DNA of 20,000 nt from an uncultured virus (IMG/VR IMGVR_UViG_3300025674_000018) (Duplodnaviria > Heunggongvirae > Uroviricota > Caudoviricetes > Kyanoviridae): IMG/VR virus record IMGVR_UViG_3300025674_000018. One strand, given 5' to 3'. Position 1 is the stretch's first letter; the number at the start of each line of letters is the position of its first letter. Made by a program: the position numbers and the translations under genes. The notes under the pieces are model-generated. The model was not told the DNA's origin. It did not search any database and worked only from the letters and a program-made list of their open reading frames with translations. This document shows, piece by piece, positions 1 to 8,922 of the stretch.

Positions 1-1407
1 CAGTCAGGTAAGTCCACTGTGGTTACTGCCTACCTGTTGTGGTATTCGCTGTTCAACGATAACGTAAATATTGCCATCCTTGCTAACAAGGCAGCGACGG
101 CAAGGGAAATGCTTCAACGTTTGCAATTATCCTATGAAAACCTCCCCAAGTGGATGCAGCAAGGAGTCGTCAACTGGAACCGAGGTAGTTTGGAATTGGA
201 GAATGGAAGTAAGATCATGGCTGCATCTACTTCCGCTTCTGCTGTCAGGGGCATGTCTTTTAATATCATTTTTCTGGACGAATTCGCGTTCATTCCGACT
301 CACATTGCTGACGAGTTCTTTAGCTCTGTGTATCCTACTATCTCTTCTGGTAAATCAACCAAGGTGATTATCATCTCCACGCCCAAGGGGATGAATATGT
401 TTTACAAACTCTGGCATGATGCAGAGTTGGGTCGTAATGAATATGTCACCACAGATGTTCACTGGTCTGAGGTGCCTGGTAGAGATGAAGACTGGAAGGA
501 GCAGACGATACGAAACACGTCTCCTGAGCAGTTTAACCAAGAGTTTGAGTGTGAGTTTCTTGGATCTGCAAACACTCTGATTGCACCAAGCAAACTCAAG
601 ACACTTGTGTATGAGGAGCCAAAGGAGTCTCATGCTGGACTTGATATTTGGAAAGACCCTGAGCCAGAGCATCAATATGTGATGACGGTTGACGTTGCAC
701 GGGGTCTGACTAAGGACTATTCAGCGTTTGTCGTTGTTGATACGACAACCATTCCATATGAGATCGTTGCTAAATACAGAAACAACTCAATCAAACCACT
801 TCTATTTCCAAACGTAATCCATCAGGTCGCTTGCAATTACAACCATGCTTATATAATGGTTGAGGTGAATGACATCGGTGGACAGGTGGCAGACATCCTT
901 CAATTTGACTTAGAGTATGATAATCTCCTCATGTGCGCCATGAGGGGAAGGGCAGGACAAGTTGTTGGGCAAGGATTCTCGGGCACTAAGACTCAACTTG
1001 GAGTCAAGATGAGTGTTACCGTTAAGAAGTCTGGTTGCTCAAACCTCAAACAGTTGATTGAGGGGGATAAACTTTTATTCAATGACTACGACATTATTGC
1101 TGAGTTGACCACCTTTATCCAAAGGGGTCCAGCGTGGGAAGCAGAAGAGGGATGTAATGATGACCTTGCAATGTGTCTGGTTATCTTTTCTTGGGTTGCA
1201 CTAACGGATTATTTTAAGGAGCTGCACGATGCTGATGTGAGGCAGCGTTTATACCTTGACCAGAAGGAGCAAATCGAAGCCGATATGGCACCCTTTGGAT
1301 TTGTTGATGATGGACTTGTCGCTACAGAGACGTTTGTCGATAAGGATGGTGATGTCTGGCGCACAGATGAATATGGTGATATGTCGTACATGTGGGACTA
1401 TAGATAG
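1..1407 (+). CDS. gp17: Terminase large subunit (5'-truncated by window edge)
   Basis: Frame is open from base 1 (QSGKST, Walker A), so the true start is upstream. Walker B IIFLDEFAF, IIISTPKG coupling motif, nuclease VDVARG...DYSAF and NDDLAM motifs. Lies upstream of gp18. Confidence 0.97.
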   Translation, partial: QSGKSTVVTAYLLWYSLFNDNVNIAILANKAATAREMLQRLQLSYENLPKWMQQGVVNWNRGSLELENGSKIMAASTSASAVRGMSFNIIFLDEFAFIPTHIADEFFSSVYPTISSGKSTKVIIISTPKGMNMFYKLWHDAELGRNEYVTTDVHWSEVPGRDEDWKEQTIRNTSPEQFNQEFECEFLGSANTLIAPSKLKTLVYEEPKESHAGLDIWKDPEPEHQYVMTVDVARGLTKDYSAFVVVDTTTIPYEIVAKYRNNSIKPLLFPNVIHQVACNYNHAYIMVEVNDIGGQVADILQFDLEYDNLLMCAMRGRAGQVVGQGFSGTKTQLGVKMSVTVKKSGCSNLKQLIEGDKLLFNDYDIIAELTTFIQRGPAWEAEEGCNDDLAMCLVIFSWVALTDYFKELHDADVRQRLYLDQKEQIEADMAPFGFVDDGLVATETFVDKDGDVWRTDEYGDMSYMWDYR

Positions 1408-1628
1408 TGGACCTAGAAGACCAATTTGGACTTGAGCATTTACTCCTCACACAGAGGAGATGTCGGTCCTGTGGCAAGGTCAAAGATTTAATGGATGAGT
1501 TTTATTTGACTCGAAAGAATAGAAGTGCTTTGTCATCATATTCATACGAATGTAAAGTCTGCACGATCAAACGGATAGTAAAGGGCAGAAAGCAGGATAC
1601 GACTGGATGGACCTACCCCGACTGGTAA
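1407..1628 (+). CDS. Small hypothetical protein with CxxC...CxxC putative zinc finger
   Basis: GTG start overlaps the gp17 TAG. CRSC and CKVC pairs, 73 aa, fills the gp17-gp18 gap. Confidence 0.8.
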   Translation: MDLEDQFGLEHLLLTQRRCRSCGKVKDLMDEFYLTRKNRSALSSYSYECKVCTIKRIVKGRKQDTTGWTYPDW

Positions 1629-1666
1629 TGTTCATGCATGGCTTCCCCACTGAAAAAAGTCTTTTT

Positions 1667-1674
1667 GCTAAATA
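1667..1674 (+). promoter_or_regulatory. T4-type late promoter box (GCTAAATA) for gp18
   Basis: TAAATA core about 40 nt upstream of the gp18 ATG, followed by AGGAG RBS. Confidence 0.7.
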
Positions 1675-1713
1675 TTTGTAGCATCCGAAATTGACCACTC
1701 AGGAGACTTACAG

Positions 1714-4485
1714 ATGGCATCAACGCAACAATCCCCAGGCGTTGTCGTTCTAGAGAGAGACCTAACTAACGTAGTTAATGCAACAATTGATAATGTTGCC
1801 GCTATCGTTGGTTCCTTTGAAAAAGGTCCTGTCGAGCAACTGACAACCATTACTTCCGAGAAAGAGCTTCTTGCTATTTTCGGTCGTCCTAACGATTCTA
1901 ACTACGAATACTGGTTCTGCGCCGCCCAGTATCTGCTCTATGGCGGCACCCTTAGGGTCGTCCGTGCCTTGAGCAACTCCCTCAAGAATGCTATCGACAC
2001 TGCACAGTTTGTCGATGCTACTCTGAGCGCCACTGATACCACCGTCACAGTTGTTTCTTCGACTGACTTTGACGTGCTGGATCTGCTTTTGGTTGACTCT
2101 GAATTGATGACCGTTGCCTCTGTTAGTGGTAACGACGTGGTGGTTTCTCGTGGTCAACTTCAAACCGCTGCAGTGTCTCACTCTCCTGGATCTTCGGTTA
2201 CCCTGATCGAAGCTGCTGGATCTGCTTCTACAGTGAATGAGGGTCAAACCTTCACCGACGCCGATCTGACGCTGACTGTTGCTTCTGCTGCTACTCTTAA
2301 TGCTGGCACCAACAGCTACATCAGAATTGATAACGAGATCCTTCAGGTTACCGCTGTTGCTGGTAATGACCTGACCGTGACTCGCGGTGTCCTGGGCACT
2401 ACCAAGGCTGCACACACCGATGGATCTGCTGTCGATCTTCTGACTGTTACTAGCGCCAAGACAACTCTTAACGAGCAAACCGCTACTGGTATTACTCCTC
2501 CCCTGATCAAGAATCTGGATGAGTATGAGAATAACGTTAAGGACGCTGCTAACAACTGGAAGTTTGCCGCTAAGACTCCTGGTAAGTATGGCAACTCTCT
2601 GCGTGTGGTTATGACCGACGCAGGTGCCGATCAGGTGCTGCATCTGGCTCAACCTACATCTGCTGAGTGGGAATTCTCCACTGGCGGTGAGGTTGCTTAC
2701 TCTGCTGCTAACATCTACGCTAAGACCTATTCTTATACTGTTATCCTGACCCTTAAGGATGACTCCACTCTGCTGGGATCCTGGTCCGCTGATAACTTCT
2801 TCACTGCCAATGCAGGTAACGTGACAGGTCGCGTTGTTGCTTATGATAGCAAGAATCGCAAAGTGGAAATCACCATTGACACATCTTCTTCTGATGTGTT
2901 TGAAGTGGGTGATTCTGTGAGTGAGCTTGCTAACACCAACGATGCTCCTGGTAGCGCCACTGGCACCTCTGCTGAGATTTCTCACATCTCTCGTGAGCTG
3001 AGAGTTTCTCTGAATCCTCTGTCTCCCAAATTCCAAGCAAACCAGACTGTTAGCGATGACAACGTTGCTACCGTTTCCCTGGTTGCCGTTGCTGATGACT
3101 ATGAGTCTCGCCAATATGGTGATGGTGAGAAGTGGATCAACATCGCTCCTCGTCCTGGCACCTCTGCTTGGGCAGAAGATCGTGGTGGCACCCGCGACCT
3201 CCTTCACATCCTCGTGATTGATGGTGACGGCGCTTTGACTGGCGTCCCTGGTGCTCTGCTTGAGAAATTCACCAACCTGTCCAAGGGTGTTGACGCTAAG
3301 TCTCCCCAAGGCGACACACTCTACTATGTGGATGTGCTGATGAATCAGTCCCAGTATATCTACTGGGGTGAGCATGAGACTGCTTCCATCTTCGATCGCT
3401 CCCAGACCGCTAACGGTTCTTGGGGTCTGAGCGTCACCAACCGTGACTTTGACCTGATCAAGAATACTGCTTCTCTCTATAGTGCAGACGACACTTCTGG
3501 TCTGGATCCTAAGTCCTCCAAGATGGTTGGCACCAAGAACAATGCAACCGTGAAGTATCACCTTAAAGGTGGTGTTGATGGTTACACTGTGGACCGTCCT
3601 TCCCTGCTTGCAGGTTATGACCTCTTTAGCGATCCTGAGACCGAAGAGATCGATTATGTGCTGATGGGTCCTGGCATGAGCAACATTGGCGACACTGTTG
3701 CTAAGGCACAAAAGGTTATCGATATTGCCGCAACCCGTAAGGACTGCATGGCATTCGTTTCTCCTTTCCGTGCTGACATCATTGGTCAGGCAAACACAAC
3801 CACAATTGTTGATCGCACGATCTCCTTCTTCGATCAACTGAGCAGCTCTTCCTATGCTGTCTTCGACAACAACTACAAGTACATCTACGACAAGTATAAC
3901 GACAAGTATCGTTACATCCCCTGCAACGCTGACGTTGCTGGTCTTGTCCTGAGCACTTCTATCAACCAAGAGCCCTGGTATTCCCCTGCTGGTTTCACCA
4001 GAGGTCAACTTCGCAACGCTGTGAAGCTTGCCTACTCCCCCCTGAAGGACCATAGAGATCGCCTCTATTCTGCCCGTGTTAACCCCATCGTGGCATTCCC
4101 TGGCGAAGGTATCGTCCTCTTCGGTGACAAGACTGCTCTTGCACACTCTTCTGCTTTTGACAGAATTAACGTGCGTCGCCTCTTCCTCGTGATCGAGGCT
4201 GCTATCGCTCAAGCTGCTAAGAGCCAGTTGTTTGAATTGAATGATGAGTTTACTCGTCAGGCATTCAAGAATATTGTTGATCCTTACATGCGCTCTGTCC
4301 AGTCCCGCCGTGGTGTGACTGACTTCCTGGTCGTGTGTGATGGCACCAACAACACCTCCGAGTCTATTGACCGTGGTGAATTCTATGCTGAGATCTTTGT
4401 GAAGCCCACAAGATCCATCAACTTCATCACCCTCACCTTCACTGCTACCAGAACTGGTGCCAGCTTCAATGAGGTTGTCAACTAA
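1714..4485 (+). CDS. gp18: Contractile tail sheath protein, enlarged (923 aa)
   Basis: N-terminal SPGVVVLERDLT...FEKGPV, PWYSPAGFTRG, LFGDKT, AFDRINVRRLF and C-terminal KPTRSINFITLTF motifs typical of T4-type sheaths. Followed by the tube gene. Confidence 0.97.
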   Translation: MASTQQSPGVVVLERDLTNVVNATIDNVAAIVGSFEKGPVEQLTTITSEKELLAIFGRPNDSNYEYWFCAAQYLLYGGTLRVVRALSNSLKNAIDTAQFVDATLSATDTTVTVVSSTDFDVLDLLLVDSELMTVASVSGNDVVVSRGQLQTAAVSHSPGSSVTLIEAAGSASTVNEGQTFTDADLTLTVASAATLNAGTNSYIRIDNEILQVTAVAGNDLTVTRGVLGTTKAAHTDGSAVDLLTVTSAKTTLNEQTATGITPPLIKNLDEYENNVKDAANNWKFAAKTPGKYGNSLRVVMTDAGADQVLHLAQPTSAEWEFSTGGEVAYSAANIYAKTYSYTVILTLKDDSTLLGSWSADNFFTANAGNVTGRVVAYDSKNRKVEITIDTSSSDVFEVGDSVSELANTNDAPGSATGTSAEISHISRELRVSLNPLSPKFQANQTVSDDNVATVSLVAVADDYESRQYGDGEKWINIAPRPGTSAWAEDRGGTRDLLHILVIDGDGALTGVPGALLEKFTNLSKGVDAKSPQGDTLYYVDVLMNQSQYIYWGEHETASIFDRSQTANGSWGLSVTNRDFDLIKNTASLYSADDTSGLDPKSSKMVGTKNNATVKYHLKGGVDGYTVDRPSLLAGYDLFSDPETEEIDYVLMGPGMSNIGDTVAKAQKVIDIAATRKDCMAFVSPFRADIIGQANTTTIVDRTISFFDQLSSSSYAVFDNNYKYIYDKYNDKYRYIPCNADVAGLVLSTSINQEPWYSPAGFTRGQLRNAVKLAYSPLKDHRDRLYSARVNPIVAFPGEGIVLFGDKTALAHSSAFDRINVRRLFLVIEAAIAQAAKSQLFELNDEFTRQAFKNIVDPYMRSVQSRRGVTDFLVVCDGTNNTSESIDRGEFYAEIFVKPTRSINFITLTFTATRTGASFNEVVN
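2017..2442 (+). repeat. Two tandem ~65-aa protein repeats within gp18 (about 2017-2208 and 2245-2442)
   Basis: TTVTVVS..LLLVDSELMTVASVSGNDVVVSRGQLQTAAVSHSPGSSVTL aligns with LTLTVAS..YIRIDNEILQVTAVAGNDLTVTRGVLGTTKAAHTDGSAVDL. Confidence 0.85.
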
Positions 4486-4498
4486 TTTGTAATTCTTT

Positions 4499-4518
4499 AG
4501 GGGAGGGAAACCTCCCCT
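4499..4518 (+). other. Intergenic GAAA-tetraloop hairpin between gp18 and gp19 (no U-tract)
   Basis: AGGGGAGG-GAAA-CCTCCCCT, perfect 8-bp stem, followed by TGCCC rather than poly-T. Confidence 0.7.
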
Positions 4519-4572
4519 TGCCCACTCGTGCTACGACTTCGTAGTCAATTATCCAAATAGGAGTTACTAAAA

Positions 4573-5220
4573 ATGCCTAACAACGTTGAAGGGGGGAGTA
4601 TCTATACTCCTATTTTCGATTTTAGAAATAGAATTGGAGACCTCGCCCGCCCTAACCAATTCCAAGTTGAGTTGGTTTTCCCTCAAGGACTTGACACTGC
4701 CTCTGTTGGTGGTGCCACAGGTCAGCAAAACAATAGAGAAGAAGAAGCTTCTCGCAACTCTGGTGGTAGTGAGTCCCTCGCCACTCTTCTCGTCAAAGCA
4801 GCAAACATCCCTGCTTCGACAGTGGGTGTTGTTGAAGTGCCCTACCGTGGTCGCACCCTTAAGATCGCTGGTGACCGCACATTCGAGCCTTGGACTGTTA
4901 CCGTCCTCAATGATGCCAACTTTGCAGTCCGTGCAAGACTTGAGGCATGGTCTACTAGAATCCAAGCTCTGCAACAAAACAAGCAAGAGTATGGATCTCC
5001 CTCTGAGTATCAAACCAACGCTATCGTGCGTCAGTATGATCGTCAGGGCACCCAGACCCGTGCTTATCAATTCCAAGGTATTTGGCCAAGCAACATCAGT
5101 GCGATTGACCTCGCCTGGGACAGCAACGATACTGCCGAGGAATATACTGTTGAATTCCAGGTCCAGTACTGGACGTATACTGATGATGTGAACGCTGCTA
5201 ACCACCAAGGCGGCGCTTGA
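4573..5220 (+). CDS. gp19: Tail tube protein
   Basis: ARPNQFQV, VKAANIPAS, VPYRGRTLKIAGDRTFEPWTVTVLND, WPSNISAIDL and EEYTVEFQVQYW motifs. AGGAG RBS and synteny. Confidence 0.96.
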   Translation: MPNNVEGGSIYTPIFDFRNRIGDLARPNQFQVELVFPQGLDTASVGGATGQQNNREEEASRNSGGSESLATLLVKAANIPASTVGVVEVPYRGRTLKIAGDRTFEPWTVTVLNDANFAVRARLEAWSTRIQALQQNKQEYGSPSEYQTNAIVRQYDRQGTQTRAYQFQGIWPSNISAIDLAWDSNDTAEEYTVEFQVQYWTYTDDVNAANHQGGA

Positions 5221-5242
5221 TCAAAGGGGAATGATCTGATAT

Positions 5243-5250
5243 AATAAATA
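5243..5250 (+). promoter_or_regulatory. Late promoter box (AATAAATA) for gp20
   Basis: One mismatch to TATAAATA, intergenic, about 25 nt before the gp20 ATG. Confidence 0.8.
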
Positions 5251-5274
5251 ATAAAAACAGCGATAGACAGTTAA

Positions 5275-6891
5275 ATGTCACAGTTATTTGGTTATTCCCT
5301 TGAAAGAAAGAAGGGCTCTTCACAAAAGGGTCCTTCTTTTGTGCGTAAAGACTCGGAAGACGCAGCAGAACCTATAGTTGCTGGTGGGTATTTTGGTCAA
5401 TACGTTGACTTTGGGGATAAGGAAGCAGCAAAAGGCACAGAGCAAGATCTGATCGGTAGATACCGAGAGATGTCTCTGCACCCAGAATGCGATTCTGCCA
5501 TTAACGATATTGTTAACGAAGCTATTGCTGGTGAGTTGGACGATCATCCTGTAGACATTGAGTTGTCTAACTTGAAAGTCCCTGAGTCTGTAAAGAAAAG
5601 AATTAGAGAAGAGTTTGAGAATGTGCTTTCTCTTCTCGATTTTGATAGAAGATGCTATGACATCTTCCGTCGTTGGTATATCGACGGTCGTCTCTTCTAT
5701 CATAAGATGATTAACCCAGATGATCCTTCTGAGGGCATCACAGAAATTCGCTATATAGATCCTAGGAAGATCAAGAAGGTTGTCGAATACGATAAACCTA
5801 ACAAGGATAGACTTATCAATCCTGGTGATCCGAATACAGCAACTCTCGTCCCCAAGAGCATTGAATATTACATCTATGCTCCCCAGGGACTGAGATCAAA
5901 CGATGGTAAAGGTATTAGGGTTGCACCTGATGCAATCACCTTTGTCCACTCGGGTAAGTTGGATATGAATCGCAATATCGTTTTGTCGCACATGCACAAA
6001 GCGATTAAGGCACTTAACCAACTTCGCATGATCGAAGACTCTCTGGTCATTTATCGTCTGTCCAGAGCACCTGAGCGTCGTATTTTCTACATCGACGTGG
6101 GTAATCTGCCTAAACAAAAGGCAGAGCAATACCTTAGAGAGGTGATGAGTCGCTACCGTAACAAACTTGTTTACAACGCTGATACGGGAGAGATTCGTGA
6201 CGATAAGAAATTCATGTCAATGTTGGAAGACTTTTGGCTTCCGAGACGCGAGGGAGGGCGCGGCACTGAAATTTCTACCCTACCTGGCGGGCAAAACCTT
6301 GGAGAGTTGGAAGATGTTAAATACTTCCAAAAGAAACTCTATCGTGCTCTGAATGTCCCTGAGTCACGATTGGAATCCGATAACACATTTAACGTTGGTC
6401 GTAGTGCAGAAATCACTAGAGACGAAGTTAAATTTCAGAAGTTTATCGTCAGACTGAGAAAGCGTTTTAGTGATCTCTTCAACGATCTTCTGAAGACTCA
6501 ACTTGTCCTTAGGGGTGTCATCACCCTTGAGGATTGGGATGAGATGAAGGAGCATATCCAATACGATTTCGTTGCGGATAACTACTTCAGCGAATTAAAA
6601 GAGAAGGAGCTGCTCAATGAGCGTATGGCACTTCTCGCACAGATGGATCCTTACGCTGGCAAATACTTTTCACTGGAGTATCTGCGTCGTCAAATTCTAC
6701 GTCAGACTGACAATGAGTTTAACGAGATCGATAAGCAGATGCAAAGTGAGATTGCCGAGGGTAAACTTCTAGATCCTATGGTGATGCAGCAGATGGAGCA
6801 GGAGCAAATGGCTATGTCATTGCAACCCCCTGAGCCCGATCCTGCGGAGCAAGGCATCAGTGATGCGGATTACAAAAAAGGAAACATCTAA
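5275..6891 (+). CDS. gp20: Portal vertex protein
   Basis: IYRLSRAPERRIFYIDVGNLPKQKAEQY, EDFWLPRREGGRGTEISTLPGG and EITRDEVKF hallmark motifs. Confidence 0.98.
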   Translation: MSQLFGYSLERKKGSSQKGPSFVRKDSEDAAEPIVAGGYFGQYVDFGDKEAAKGTEQDLIGRYREMSLHPECDSAINDIVNEAIAGELDDHPVDIELSNLKVPESVKKRIREEFENVLSLLDFDRRCYDIFRRWYIDGRLFYHKMINPDDPSEGITEIRYIDPRKIKKVVEYDKPNKDRLINPGDPNTATLVPKSIEYYIYAPQGLRSNDGKGIRVAPDAITFVHSGKLDMNRNIVLSHMHKAIKALNQLRMIEDSLVIYRLSRAPERRIFYIDVGNLPKQKAEQYLREVMSRYRNKLVYNADTGEIRDDKKFMSMLEDFWLPRREGGRGTEISTLPGGQNLGELEDVKYFQKKLYRALNVPESRLESDNTFNVGRSAEITRDEVKFQKFIVRLRKRFSDLFNDLLKTQLVLRGVITLEDWDEMKEHIQYDFVADNYFSELKEKELLNERMALLAQMDPYAGKYFSLEYLRRQILRQTDNEFNEIDKQMQSEIAEGKLLDPMVMQQMEQEQMAMSLQPPEPDPAEQGISDADYKKGNI

Positions 6892-6894
6892 ATA
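6887..6894 (+). promoter_or_regulatory. Late promoter box (TCTAAATA) overlapping the gp20 stop codon
   Basis: TAAATA core about 23 nt upstream of the next ATG (6917). Confidence 0.65.
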
Positions 6895-6916
6895 GTAGTA
6901 TTAGTATCTTATTGTT

Positions 6917-7159
6917 ATGCCTACCCAAGCAGCTCTTGATATTGTGAATGCACTTTTCGCTGGTCAAAAAGACCTTAGCGATTATGTGGCACAAGGTATG
7001 TCGGATGCAGCAATGTCTGCAATTGACGCCAAAAAAGTGGAGGTTGGAAAATCTTTCATGGCATCCCAAGAAGAGGATGATGAGGAAGAAGAAGAAACTC
7101 CAGAAGTCGAAACAGAGCAACCAGAATCCGAAGAGGAAACAGACGATGAAACTGATTAG
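6917..7159 (+). CDS. Small acidic protein, putative prohead core protein (gp67-like by position)
   Basis: 80 aa with a Glu/Asp-rich C-terminus, between portal and protease where T4-like phages encode core proteins. Confidence 0.8.
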   Translation: MPTQAALDIVNALFAGQKDLSDYVAQGMSDAAMSAIDAKKVEVGKSFMASQEEDDEEEEETPEVETEQPESEEETDDETD

Positions 7160-7793
7160 AGAAGAAATCGAAACAGCGAAAGTTGTAATCACCGAAGGTA
7201 AGAATGGCAAGAAGAGCCATTTTATCGAGGGTGTCTTCCTGCAGGGTGCGATCAAGAATCGCAACGGTCGTATGTATCCTATCGAAACTCTGGATAGGGA
7301 AGTAGCAAAATACAACGAGAGCTATATAACTAAAGGACGTGCGTTGGGTGAATTGGGTCATCCTGATGGTCCTACCATTAACCTTGACCGCGTGTCTCAC
7401 CTTATTACATCCCTCAGAAAAGAGGGTAACAATTATGTAGGTAAAGCAAGACTTCTCGATACCCCTATGGGCAATATCGCTAAGTCGCTTCTTGACGAAG
7501 GTGTCAAACTCGGAGTTTCCTCCCGTGGTTTGGGATCTATTAGAGAAGAGCAAGGTTGCAAGATTGTCTGTGATGACTTTATGCTTGCCACCGCCGCAGA
7601 TATCGTTGCTGATCCTTCTGCTCCCGATGCTTTCGTTAACGGGATCATGGAAGGAAAAGAGTGGGTCTATGCCAATGGTGCTGTCCACGAGCAAACGATT
7701 GAGCAAATCAAGAAACGAATTGATAATGCAAGCAGAATGCAACTCGAAGAGAGAAAGCTTTCCGCGTTTGCACAATTTCTTCAAAGTTTCTAA
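7146..7793 (+). CDS. gp21: Prohead core protease
   Basis: Start reassigned to ATG 7146 (MKLIREEIE). NRNGRMYP, ALGELGHPDGP, LGVSSRGLGS and ADIVADPSAPDAFV motifs. Confidence 0.96.
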   Translation: MKLIREEIETAKVVITEGKNGKKSHFIEGVFLQGAIKNRNGRMYPIETLDREVAKYNESYITKGRALGELGHPDGPTINLDRVSHLITSLRKEGNNYVGKARLLDTPMGNIAKSLLDEGVKLGVSSRGLGSIREEQGCKIVCDDFMLATAADIVADPSAPDAFVNGIMEGKEWVYANGAVHEQTIEQIKKRIDNASRMQLEERKLSAFAQFLQSF

Positions 7794-7795
7794 TA

Positions 7796-7803
7796 TATAA
7801 ATA
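7796..7803 (+). promoter_or_regulatory. Consensus T4 late promoter TATAAATA for gp22-gp23
   Basis: Exact TATAAATA in the intergenic gap, about 40 nt before the gp22 ATG. AGGAG RBS follows. Confidence 0.9.
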
Positions 7804-7842
7804 ACTATAGCAAAACCGCCTTTTGTACCGCAGGAGACTACG

Positions 7843-8880
7843 ATGTCCAAAGAGATTGAGAATCTGGAAGAAAACCAAGTGACGGCGAATGCCAAACCCG
7901 CAGATCCCCAGAAAAAACTGGAGAATGAAGGTTCTGCTCTCGGCGGCATCCAAGATCTTGGTGGTCCAACACCACAAAACAGCAAGCCCGATGACGACTC
8001 CAACAAGTATCGCGTCGTGAGCAAGTCCGCCTCAGCACCTACTACGAAGCCTTCCGATGCTTCTGCTAGTAAGCAAGATACACTGTCCAAGAAACCGACA
8101 TTTGATCATGTCGAAGCTGAAGGCGAAACGATTGCTGAAGAGGAAGAGGAAGTCTCCAACATCATCGAAGTCGATCTGAGCGCCGATGTCGCTGCTCTGA
8201 CCGAAGGCGAAGACCTCTCCGAAGAATTCAAAGAAAAGGCAGCGACCATCTTTGAAGCGGCGGTTGTCTCTAGACTCAATGAAGAGCTGGAGCGTATGCA
8301 TGAGGACTATGCTAAAGTCCTCGCAGAAGAAATTGAAACTGTCAAGACCGAGCTCGCTGAGCAAGTCGATGAGTATCTCTCTTATGCTGTAACTAAGTGG
8401 ATGCAAGATAACAATCTTGCTATCGAATCTGGCATTAAGACCGAGATGGCTGAAAACATTCTTGACGGAATCAAGCAAGTTTTCGTGGAGAATCATATTG
8501 ATCTCCCCGAAGAAAAACTCGATCTGGTTGACGAGATGGCTCAACAACTGGATCGTATGGAAGATAAACTCAACGAGTCGATCGAAGAGAACATTGCTCT
8601 CTACCAATCGATTGGCGGTTATATTAAGAATGGGATTGTGAGCGAGCTTTCCGAGGGTCTGACTCTCACCCAGCGTGAGAAATTCCACTCCCTTGCTGAA
8701 GCAGTTGAGTTTGATAATGAAGAGACCTTCCGTGAGAAGGTGTCTACCCTCCGTGATTCCTACTTCTCCACAAAAATTGAGTCTAAGGAAATTTCCGAAG
8801 ACATGGTGGTGGAGCAAAGTCAAGTAGTGACGGAATCGATGGATGCCTACGTTAAGGCTCTGTCCCGTTGGACTAAGTGA
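7843..8880 (+). CDS. gp22: Prohead scaffolding (core) protein
   Basis: Acidic, coiled-coil-like sequence with LSEEFKEKAATIFEAAV and VDEYLSY motifs, between gp21 and gp23. Confidence 0.95.
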   Translation: MSKEIENLEENQVTANAKPADPQKKLENEGSALGGIQDLGGPTPQNSKPDDDSNKYRVVSKSASAPTTKPSDASASKQDTLSKKPTFDHVEAEGETIAEEEEEVSNIIEVDLSADVAALTEGEDLSEEFKEKAATIFEAAVVSRLNEELERMHEDYAKVLAEEIETVKTELAEQVDEYLSYAVTKWMQDNNLAIESGIKTEMAENILDGIKQVFVENHIDLPEEKLDLVDEMAQQLDRMEDKLNESIEENIALYQSIGGYIKNGIVSELSEGLTLTQREKFHSLAEAVEFDNEETFREKVSTLRDSYFSTKIESKEISEDMVVEQSQVVTESMDAYVKALSRWTK

Positions 8881-8922
8881 TTCAACAGTAAACTAACATT
8901 TTTCCCTAAGGAGTAAAAGCAA

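Noticed and set aside
1762..4212. 816-aa antisense ORF opposite gp18
   Set aside because: In-register shadow of a strongly codon-biased gene that seldom uses TTA/CTA/TCA, so antisense stops are rare. No recognisable motifs.
4499..4520. Intrinsic terminator after gp18
   Set aside because: Good stem but no U-tract, and gp19 lacks a clear promoter of its own, so read-through is likely.
4567..5208. Antisense 213-aa and alternate-frame 201-aa ORFs over gp19
   Set aside because: No RBS or motif support. The gp19 frame explains the sequence.
6948..7145. N-terminal extension of gp21 in the ORF track
   Set aside because: It overlaps the acidic 80-aa gene in another frame. The gp21-like sequence begins at MKLIREE (7146).
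7056..8823. Antisense ORFs of 344 and 263 aa across gp21/gp22
   Set aside because: They fully overlap conserved + strand genes, and their composition mirrors the sense codons.
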